Source: a virus
Lineage: Duplodnaviria; Caudoviricetes
DNA: 52,777 bases
IMG/VR virus record: IMGVR_UViG_3300033273_000162
Location: 1-52,777 of that record
Reading direction: 5' to 3' (one strand)
A model generated the notes under the pieces. It did not search any database, was not told the origin of the DNA, and worked only from the letters and a program-made list of their open reading frames with translations. Below, one piece after another: positions 18,301 to 26,000 of the stretch (position 1 is the stretch's first letter; the number at the start of each line of letters is the position of its first letter). The position numbers and the translations under genes are program-made.

Positions 18301-21300
18301 GTTGCATTGGTTGGAGTGAATTGTACATCAGGACCAGAAGCACCAACATTAACAGTAAATGTGTTTGTGTCCGTAGCAATAACGTTTAGCTGATTAGCAA
18401 AAGCTGTTTGTCCATTCTGTGGATACTTATGCTCGGTCTTATTGCCGTCCATTGTACATGTGAATACAAAGGACTCTGGTTTAATAGTGATACTATCCGC
18501 AGTTGTTACGCTGTGTCCAGCACTTGTAATTACAAAGTTACCATTGGCAGGATCATATGTTGCAGAAGTTGGAGAGATCTGTGCTTTTGCTGGAGTTGCA
18601 GCAGCATCAATCGTGATGTTCCAATCTTCAAACTTATCTACAGTCGAAGTAACTTCAACAACATCATAAATCAGAATAGTAGAATTAGCAGCAGCACTTA
18701 CGAATGTATGTGCTACGCCAGCAGCAGAACCAGCATTACCTACATTACAAGTAATAATTGTAGATGGACCATTGACGCTTACTGCGCTAATTGCAAGACT
18801 CTTTCCATTGTTTCTATCTGTTGGAGAAGGACTTGCTAGGTTTCCACCACCATTAGAAGTACAACTGAATGTTAGTGCTCCCTCCTTAAATGCAATTCTA
18901 TCGTTGGTTGTGATAGGTGCATTAGGAGTAGGAATAGTTACGGTTACTTCACCGCTAGTGGAGTTGTATGTGGCGTTTGTTGGAGTAGTGCCAAGATAGT
19001 TACCATTGGTCCAGTTACGCATTGCATTGATTGCGTAATCTCTTGCTTTGGTAAATGCGTATCTGGTAGCTGGTAGTTCGGATGCAGGAACTCCAGTTAG
19101 TTGTCCGCCTGTGTAGTAAAGATTACCAGCAGAAACAATACCAGAGTTTCCTCCTAGAATTAGGTCTCTTCTTAGTCCAGCAAGAATATACTTAACATCA
19201 CGCTTACACTTAGTTCTATCTGGATTGTTTAGTGCTAGAGATGGATACTCTTCTAGAGTATCTGCTAGTGCTTGCTCTGCAATTAGATCAATGTTTCTAG
19301 CAATCAAGTAAGATCCATCTTGGAATCTAGACGTTGCTTGATTTGAAATGATATCAGTAAAGAGATATCCTAGGGTATCAATAGCAGATGCAACGTTAGC
19401 ACAAGTTGCACCAGCATTTCCTCCTGTCGTATCTTCCGTAACAGTAGGATCTTTGTATAGTGGGAGACTAGAATATACAGGTACAAAATCATCTTCTGCA
19501 TACAAACCAGAACCTGTGTTCCAGTTTCTCATTGCTAGGATAATGAGTTCTCTGGCTCTTTCGTATGCCCTTACAGTTTCTGTAATTTCATTATTGACAT
19601 ATCCAATCTGAGTTCCATCAACATAACGCTTTGCTGCTTCAACAGTATGGTAGTTTCCACCATACTCCAAGTCCATAATAATAGCATTAATAAAGTGCTT
19701 AACGTCTCTGTAGCACTTAGAGTCACCATTTGGAATATTAAATCCAGGATAGATTTTTTCTCCCTGTGTGCAAGACAGGAGAATATTTTCAACCTTTACG
19801 GTTTCTCCACTTGTTAGACCTGGGATTGCATTTGCTAGGGTGATTGTACCTATACCAGTGCCATTAGCATATGAGAAACCTGTAATGTTATACTGAGTTC
19901 CACCATATGTTACAGTACCGCCACTTACATAAGTATGTGAAAATGAGTTTGGTGTAGTATAAACATCAAACGTGGTGCCAGAAACATTCCATGCAGTGAG
20001 CCACTTTTGTGCAAATTCATCATTGATTTGCTTGACTACTTCATCTGCAATGAAATCTGTGTTCTGGCGAATTAGATTAACAGCATCTTGATATCTTCTC
20101 TCGACAAATGGTTGCTCAGAGAATTTGTTTGGAGAGTTTAGAAGCGATAGTGTTAGATAGTGAGATGCCGAACTTACAGTACAATTTGAAATCTGAGTGA
20201 TTCCTGCTGGACTTGCAATATCTTTTGCAATGACAAATCTTCTCGATCTGCCGTCAGCGTCATATAGTACCTTGAATACTCTTTGCTTTCCGTTGAGAAC
20301 CGATAGATCAGGTCCGCTGGTAGGCATACCAGAGATTGTAATCTCTTCGTTCTCTTTGAAATTGTGAATGTTTAGTCTGGTGTTTGACTCACCACCCGAT
20401 AAGATGTTAGTATATACGACTACACCACCATATTCTGGATCAGTGTAGTATGTTGGATCAATTTCAACTTGTACAATTGGTAGTGTAGTAGTTGTATCTG
20501 TTCCAGTAGAAATAACTTCACCTTCTGCTCTAATAGACAGAATGTCTAAAGAAACGAAAGATCTGAGATCATTGAATACAATGGGATCTGTTGGACTTGC
20601 TTGAGTTGCTTCTTCTGCATATGTCAATGCATTTGCATCTGCACTTACAAAAGTATGTACAGATGTATCTTGAGAAACTCCAACATTAACAGTAAATGTG
20701 TTAGTAGTTACTGCGCTAATAGACAACCATCTCTTATATGCAAAATCTGGTTGTCCATCACCAGCAGCAGGTCTTGGATATCTATGCTGTGATGCATTAT
20801 TATCCAATGCACAAGTGAATACTAGGGATTCTGGACTGATTAAGATTTTATCAGATAAGTTAAATCCGTGGTTTGCAACAGTGAATACAGCAAGACCAGT
20901 TGCTGGATCATAAGTTACATTTGTTGGTGTATAAGGTGTGCCTCTGTAATATTCAAAAGTTTCACCAAGGTTAAAGGAACCAGAGAGAACATCTACATCA
21001 ATTGAACCAGAGACGTATGCATCTCCCCCTGTGGTGCTATCGTACTGTACTTGGAGAACTTCACCCCTTGCACCAGTGTTTTCACCGCTTACAAGCGTTC
21101 CTACTTGCAGCGGAGCGGGTAAGTTTGTTCCTGTGTTACTTCCGAAAGTAACTCTAATTCTAGGTGGTCCAAAGATCTGGTGACCAATTGGGAATCTTCT
21201 GCCAAAGTCTCCACCAGCATTGGGGTCATAATAAACCCTTTGCTTGTCGTCAAATGTTACAGCAAAGTCCCAGGTGAATTCAGAGTCACCAAAGGAATCG

Positions 21301-22490
21301 ATAGCATCTCTAAATGTAATACCATTGATATAGTTTTTATCCCCAAACTTAAACATGTGTTTGCGGGGATTGCTTGGTCTGATAATTACCAGACGAAGGT
21401 TGTCACCAATAATAGAACAATCTGGTGGAATGGAAATTGGGTTATCTTCAACGTAATTACCACCAGCGATGATAACTGATTCTTTGACTCCAACTGATTG
21501 AGATGCAATCTGACATGCTCTCTTAATACTTCTTACAGGAGCAGCAGCAGATCTACCGTCGTTTTCATCATTACCAATTTGCTCGGAAACATAGACACGA
21601 CCACCAACGTCATTTGTTGCTAGGTTTAGAACATATTCGGTAGTAGCAACTTTGGTCGATTTATCACCAAGTAAAGGAGTTACCGATCTTGGGAAGATAC
21701 CATCTCCAGTCTGTCCATAGTATGGAAGGAGAGGACTATCTTCTCTATAACCTTCGTGTCTTAGATTTACTGTACCACTTAATACATCACCATCAGTGTG
21801 TGTAGGGGGAGTGGTTCCAGTTTGACCAGTATTGGTAGCTCTATAGATGTTACCTTGGAGATAAACAAAGGCATTTTCAAATAAAGTGACGTTTGGTTGC
21901 CACTGAGTACCACTAGAGTTCTGATAGATTTTAAAGTTTGGTGCTCTAAATTTAGCATCAGCAGTAACAAAGTTGTCGATGTCTAGGTTTAGAATTCTCG
22001 CCGTGTCTGAAATGATAGACGTAGAAGTTCTAATAGCACCATTAACGTCAAATTCATATGCAATTTCGTCAAGGAATGCTTCTGCCTGAGCACCAACACC
22101 ATTACCACCAGTAATAGTTACAGTAGGAGCAGTAGTGTAACCAAAACCAGGATCATCAACAACAATAGCAACGATTGCTCCAAATACTGGATTCGTCGAT
22201 GCTGTTGCTTGAATTCCACCTTCTTCAATTGGTAAGTCTGGAGCACTTAATGTAATAGATGGAGTTGTTGTGTATCCAGAACCAGGAGCAGTAACGGTAA
22301 CCTTTTCAACCTTTTTTCCCGTTCTATTAACACCAACACGAGGCAATTGGGTGCTTGGATCTAACTGCACCCTCATAATTTCTTTTTCGTCCGACCCAAC
22401 ACCCGAACGGATTGTCAATTCATCCGAACCAAGAATGACTGGTTTTTGCGAAGAAATTCTTTGCTTATCCGCATTAAATTCTAAACTCAT
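12357..22490 (-). CDS. Giant multidomain tail fibre (3377 aa)
   Basis: GSGYT.AP repeats, split pectin-lyase-like beta-helix, TPTNATYDP repeats, LDADLLDG fibre motifs, and the C-terminal ATSKSFVIPHP...GSLEGPE...LPEYW..LVDEDSITVQLTPIG domain typical of phage fibres. Confidence 0.88.
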   Translation of the reverse strand: MSLEFNADKQRISSQKPVILGSDELTIRSGVGSDEKEIMRVQLDPSTQLPRVGVNRTGKKVEKVTVTAPGSGYTTTPSITLSAPDLPIEEGGIQATASTNPVFGAIVAIVVDDPGFGYTTAPTVTITGGNGVGAQAEAFLDEIAYEFDVNGAIRTSTSIISDTARILNLDIDNFVTADAKFRAPNFKIYQNSSGTQWQPNVTLFENAFVYLQGNIYRATNTGQTGTTPPTHTDGDVLSGTVNLRHEGYREDSPLLPYYGQTGDGIFPRSVTPLLGDKSTKVATTEYVLNLATNDVGGRVYVSEQIGNDENDGRSAAAPVRSIKRACQIASQSVGVKESVIIAGGNYVEDNPISIPPDCSIIGDNLRLVIIRPSNPRKHMFKFGDKNYINGITFRDAIDSFGDSEFTWDFAVTFDDKQRVYYDPNAGGDFGRRFPIGHQIFGPPRIRVTFGSNTGTNLPAPLQVGTLVSGENTGARGEVLQVQYDSTTGGDAYVSGSIDVDVLSGSFNLGETFEYYRGTPYTPTNVTYDPATGLAVFTVANHGFNLSDKILISPESLVFTCALDNNASQHRYPRPAAGDGQPDFAYKRWLSISAVTTNTFTVNVGVSQDTSVHTFVSADANALTYAEEATQASPTDPIVFNDLRSFVSLDILSIRAEGEVISTGTDTTTTLPIVQVEIDPTYYTDPEYGGVVVYTNILSGGESNTRLNIHNFKENEEITISGMPTSGPDLSVLNGKQRVFKVLYDADGRSRRFVIAKDIASPAGITQISNCTVSSASHYLTLSLLNSPNKFSEQPFVERRYQDAVNLIRQNTDFIADEVVKQINDEFAQKWLTAWNVSGTTFDVYTTPNSFSHTYVSGGTVTYGGTQYNITGFSYANGTGIGTITLANAIPGLTSGETVKVENILLSCTQGEKIYPGFNIPNGDSKCYRDVKHFINAIIMDLEYGGNYHTVEAAKRYVDGTQIGYVNNEITETVRAYERARELIILAMRNWNTGSGLYAEDDFVPVYSSLPLYKDPTVTEDTTGGNAGATCANVASAIDTLGYLFTDIISNQATSRFQDGSYLIARNIDLIAEQALADTLEEYPSLALNNPDRTKCKRDVKYILAGLRRDLILGGNSGIVSAGNLYYTGGQLTGVPASELPATRYAFTKARDYAINAMRNWTNGNYLGTTPTNATYNSTSGEVTVTIPTPNAPITTNDRIAFKEGALTFSCTSNGGGNLASPSPTDRNNGKSLAISAVSVNGPSTIITCNVGNAGSAAGVAHTFVSAAANSTILIYDVVEVTSTVDKFEDWNITIDAAATPAKAQISPTSATYDPANGNFVITSAGHSVTTADSITIKPESFVFTCTMDGNKTEHKYPQNGQTAFANQLNVIATDTNTFTVNVGASGPDVQFTPTNATYDPATGDLVLTIGTHTLDIDEGIVLADNSLTFTCDMDNNQSQKTYPRPGIDPYAGRSIPITAKTDTTITLNVGASGPNKYFTPSAATYNPITGDMTVTVGQHGLGVGRSVVLTDNSFSFTCALDGNNSTHTYPRPGTDPYAGQSIAITSVGSTQHTPTNAPYDASTGIVTFTVTNHGFSNGDYVKVADGSLTYTCELDDNSVQKTYPRAGYDYPSGRWLQISNVTPNTFDVNVGPSSYTGAHTFVSAAANAIERQDGTFTINVGTSSDTSTHTFVAAAQNAIKHEPQTTHTFITASTNAVKHLPQSVHTFVRTEVAEAVSVYGQGQSPACSDVATAITTSFQTLDDILAGGSVTQTYGTLYDPTPNRPTQAILYDADNKYITPRGVWDDLPYIEASPYIQNSSIISFKGGNGCEIDGNKCAKPNVPFPGIEEDGSVSNPAQGKSMVASAFTIVSFGGTGYKVVNDGYTQLVSVFVIFCQDGIFCDSGGYASVTNSATNFGTFALRAKGYRAEEYPFDVGNITGIGSATGTGFTEFTVSGLGREPLEHYILKIDGYESENSAVDYFIDSVNNVTSGPPFTATFTVNQAAVFRDKSTNNVVNTDLGTFSGATVRLHRPSIVNSSSHTWEFAGAGTDYNALPENGGTKIEANEQVSENYGRVYTSGTDELGDFKVGYFAKIENRTGAITFTGTVTISEVEFLKLKGGDIVVTGFSDDNTLGGATSSNSVLPTQKAVKDYITNNLGPYINKAYSTNPVPRALVELTDSGKISIDQIPALRPFSVFTVASDAERLKLEGALAGDIAIVEGNPNANPPVPAASYILDNDVDSLYLGITVNAALDFGAVGSIYTGSNSGGTIQTTEYRQGVVYSISITDSGSGYTSAPTVSITSPSTGVTAAATCTIANGQVVTVTIIESNGYTGGYGYTSAPTITFSAPPGGGTQATANALIESRLYGDIVNNIKIVDTDTIDDVNSVTVNLNRVVNTSAFDDLNWVSLSSNQVAAGDITSGVIATARLAFDSDAANSFTFLRGDQTYSPAVQTIKGAEQRYFEATFLAAANSGNKLTFPVSARTNILVGHTVSSTNSGIDPNTTVSSITDKTGYIEIEINNPLTQAIPAGTFLQFDRPEPPIIIDTNNTKNEYIDDIVIISGGSGYTANLDLKNVGPIQGGTGTGLYANFTTDGNGTIDSVVVTSGGSGFQNDFAITIPPALGNPTTAGNLSAKVNTAIRGFGDIQMDILRVTENTTSGDAYGTVGVAKFKKSQFNIGLVGNGSVELKTGSQSGLDADLLDGQQGAFYQNAFNITSGTLNKLRLSGSYDINISGQSGNTLRLRSQTSNPTSDPTPDTFSEGAVVNFINNSANVLADGGTANAVMTIRGKGSDATADGGVRQLAFTDNNNVWLRGSGTGVATWSNWYKVWTQLSDGPGTGMDSDKLDNRQGAWYQDARNINFYQISDTRINGYLSEKKFQNAITIKQVTNKTYYDIYISGQALTTTPFLNGQTVNLYDANAQGVGTIVILNVNPFTSPDGDTSLNWTQITGYLNTGTFNTAETIGTAGNRVTFQEFWINETGTYDVAKLESNGGTAYLRLGRKDGTASTPAVLFNSSTSAASYNAGIFASGGNAGTGSGSLNVQVGGANNFTINNQVIWNAGNITFASNNVANTAVLRDANGNFTAGTISGNLTGAASLNVLKSGDTMTGTLTLNPSVDNAINVSASNKYFTFAGGLQFRGSGSSWNARFSTTNSTTGTELLGVYNTNFTTSIFRVFNNRTSRFDLPADNSDGITIAGQSGGYSSIIHKNGSTTIGYRMAYCNSAGNYGPGTAVGDIVERIDGNRKWHFKTNGGPTALVMDASQNVAINQSNTNTSYKLYVNGSFGATSKSFVIPHPTKENHELRYGSLEGPEHGVYVRGKASDVVELPEYWTALVDEDSITVQLTPIGDHHAWVEKIEDNKIFIGGGESFYFVQGTRKDIDPLEVEVELSVEEEG
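17340..20935 (-). repeat. Six copies of a ~95-105 aa beta-rich domain (TPTNATYDP..G...FTC..D.N...YPR...VNVG...HTFV) inside the giant fibre
   Basis: Copies at about 20935-20625 and 18990-18680, plus four nested copies in 18580-17340; visible in the translation. Confidence 0.9.
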
Positions 22491-22531
22491 TTGCCTCTAC
22501 TGCTCCAGAGATCCAAACTTTTTTACTCTTC

Positions 22532-22537
22532 TATTTA
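22532..22537 (-). promoter_or_regulatory. Late promoter TAAATA for the giant fibre
   Basis: Intergenic CTAAATA about 40 nt upstream of the ATG at 22490. Confidence 0.75.
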
Positions 22538-22554
22538 GTGGTTGCGAAAGTCAG

Positions 22555-23061
22555 TTATGACCAGGCAACAGCAACAATACTGACTTGTGCGATCCACTTA
22601 ATATTTGCTGTTGTACCGCTTCTAGTTGTGCTATAACTGAATACATTCGCTGTTCCAGTATCATATGGAACAACTGTCCAAGTCTCTCCATCAGGAATAT
22701 TGTCACGAATAATAGTTGTTAAACTAGATACGGTGGATACATCTCCTGCCCCATCACACTTAACTACGTTTTCAATTTTTGTTGAAAAAACACCTGCTCC
22801 AGTTGGATTAACTGCGATAATATTTCCAGTGACAAAGTTAATTGTGTTATTTTCCAGAGAAGGTGGAGTGATTCCATCCAAAGTTAATACTACAGTATTA
22901 AGACCACGCAAAATATATTCTGTTTTATTTACATCACCAAAGTTTGAATTTTTTAATTCAAAACTATTGATGTTTGTTAGATCTAGTGTATCGGTTACGA
23001 GTCTTGTTTGATTGACTCCAAATCCGCCTTCAGAATTGACGGACGTAATTGTAGTTGCCAT
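22555..23061 (-). CDS. Small virion structural protein (168 aa)
   Basis: Beta-rich T/S/V composition, NSEGGFGV N-terminal motif, located between two fibre genes. Confidence 0.65.
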   Translation of the reverse strand: MATTITSVNSEGGFGVNQTRLVTDTLDLTNINSFELKNSNFGDVNKTEYILRGLNTVVLTLDGITPPSLENNTINFVTGNIIAVNPTGAGVFSTKIENVVKCDGAGDVSTVSSLTTIIRDNIPDGETWTVVPYDTGTANVFSYSTTRSGTTANIKWIAQVSIVAVAWS

Positions 23062-23063
23062 TT

Positions 23064-26000
23064 TTATTTCTTAGTGACGGTGAATGTGCTGACGATCTTG
23101 ACTGCATCACCAGCAGTGAGAGAAGCATTTAGAGTTGGTGAAACTCTTACCTCACCACCAGCAGCAAAGTCAAATGTTACTTGGAACAATTCGGTTGCAG
23201 TATGAACAGAACCAAACTCAGTTACAAAGATGTCAGTTCCAGAAGAAACAACACTATACTCAACCATGTGTCTTTCATCAGTAGTTGCATTGTCAGCAAT
23301 TATCATTACCTTTGCGGCACTATGAATTGTTGGGTCGTAAATATCGAATGAAGTGGTATCACTAGTTCCTTTAACCAAATCTGCAGAAGTTGTCTTGATT
23401 AGAACATCATCTAACTCAATAAACTTCAGTGTTTTATCTAATACAGTCAGATTATTTTGAGGATCTGTAGTATCATAACTTCTGTTGATTTGGAATTCAC
23501 CTGCTTGGGTGAATAGTGCTAATGTATCAGGGACACCATTTTCTTTTCCAAATGCAATCTCTGTTGTTGCTAGAGAATTATCTAGAATTAGAGCAGTGCT
23601 ATTATAACTGTAGATATCCAATCCACTTAGTGTTAGAGTAGCATCAAGAGTGATATTAGATGCCTTGAATGTTAAAGGACCAAATACACTAGAAACATAT
23701 GTAAGATCTACCGATCCGTTTGTTACTGTTCCTGCAGTATGTGATGGAGCATTGTTCTCATCTGTATCAAATGTTCCACTAGAATCAACAGAATAAAGAT
23801 TGTCTCCAAAATAAACATAATTGACTGCTGGAAGAACTGCTGCAGTAGCTGCAGCTCCTGCTTCCCACTCAACTTTAGGTGGTGCAATTTCTCTAGATGC
23901 AATTACTTGTGGAGTAATTAAAGTTAATTCTGATGTGGTGAGTCTTACAGTATTTGTGGCATCATTGTAGAACCACAGCGTGTTGTCATTTGCACCTACA
24001 GTTTCTTCTGCTAGGATGTATGTGTTACCATCTACGTCTCTAACACCACCAAGAGAAATAAAGTCACTTCCATTAGAACCTTCATACTGTTGTGTTGCTG
24101 TATTATATCTGATAATTCCAGTAGTAGATGCAGGTGGTCTATTGGTAGAATCACCAACAGGTAGTTTGATACCACCTGTTCCAGATACAGACAACACTTT
24201 TTGCGAAGATCCTGGAGTAACAACTAGATCTTCATCTAGACCAGCAGAGAATGTATTGCCATCAATTAAAATTCTTCCATCTACATTAATACCTGCTCCA
24301 GTTGTAGATAAAGAACCTGTTGTGATATCACCAGTCTTGGTAATTCTTGCATTATTTGTTGTAGTAACTCCTGTGATTTTAAATTCTGGAGTTGTTGTTG
24401 GTGTTGGAGTTCCTTGTAATGATGGGAAAGTTAGAATATCTCCAGTAGCATAACCATCACCTGGATCCTGAATTTCTACTTTAACTAAAGCACCATCTGC
24501 CCTAATTGTGAAAGATGCTGGAGTTGATGGTTGTGTTGAAGCTGCTGGTGGGAAAACAGTGTTATCCACCATTGTTGTGTAATCAATACCAATTACATCA
24601 CCAACAACATAATTTGATCCAATGTTGGTTATAATAATATTTTCAATTTCACCGCCCAATCCAACAGTTACTTCAGCTTCGGCACCAGTTCCAGAACCTC
24701 CAGTGACAGTAACAGATTGATATGTAGAACCACTATATCCTGCGCCTGGATCAGCAGTACATGTTGCTACATCAAAAGTTAAATCAGCACCTGCTGTTTG
24801 CTGTCCTGGCGATAAAGTGCCACCAGGAATAGTGATTGTTTCACCAACAATAAACCCAATTCCTCCATTATTAACTACAATCGAAGCAGCTCCAAGAGCA
24901 TCAATAGTGATTTCAAATTCTGCATTTTCTCCAGATCCAGAAACAGTGTAACCAGTATTTAATGTATATGTACCTGCAACTCTATTAGCATCGGCAACAG
25001 AAATATTTCCAACCGTAGCAATTTCTCCAATTGGAATGTAGAAAGATACAGTAAGTGTTGCAATCAGTCCAGCACCTGTACCACCTGATGCAGGAGCACC
25101 AGAGAAACTTCCATTATCATATCCAGATGCTGGAGTTACGATAGAAGAGGATGTAATTGATAATGCATCAAAATCGAGATCTCTATAGAATACACCTTTG
25201 CTTCCAGTTATTCTTAAAACTTCTCCATTTGATCCAGTAAAGAATAAACTTTGTTGTGTTGTATTGCCACCAATACCAACTCTCGACATGCTACCAAACG
25301 ATAACGCTGGTGCAACAACATCACCCGTAGCAGTTACATTCAACCCATCTGCATATGCTCTACCCTCAACACGTAATTTTTCTGATGTTCCCCCTACATT
25401 TTGATTATCGCCAACAATTACGGTGCTTACAGAATCTGTAGATAATTTTACATTTCCAGTATTAGAAAAAGATCCAGAAATTTCAAGATCGTCTGTTAAT
25501 GGTGTTACCGCTGGATCAATGTTAATTGAAACTTTATTGTTTGTTGAATCGACATATAAAGTTGATCCAATTGTAGCATCAGATGGGAAAGTAAGATCTC
25601 CATTTGCGGTGAAGTTTCCTTCAACTACAGTATCTCCTGTATTAAAATCAACAGTAAATCTACTAGCGCCAATAACCAAATTATTGGATAGTGTAGTAAT
25701 ACCAGTAACATTTAATGTGGAGTTGGTAGTCAGAGAACTAACTGTGGTATCACCCATTTGGGCAGTACCATCTTTCTGTAGTAAAATATTAGAAGTGTTA
25801 TTGACCTGAGCAACAGTAAATACAGCACCAGAACCAGATACTTGAGCTACGCCACTAACAGTAATTACACCCTCACGACCATTGAAACCACCTTCATTGA
25901 TGTGTTCGTTCAACTGGTCTGCAATTCCTTCTTCACAGAAGTAATACAGTGTTGTTGGAGTATTATCGTTTGGAACAATTGCAATTGCAGTAGATGTATA

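Noticed and set aside
17340-18990. DNA-level repeats as a CRISPR array or a DGR template/variable pair
   Set aside because: The repeats are in-frame, degenerate at wobble positions and protein-coding; there is no fixed repeat-spacer period, no adenine-specific variation, and no reverse transcriptase or cas gene in the window.
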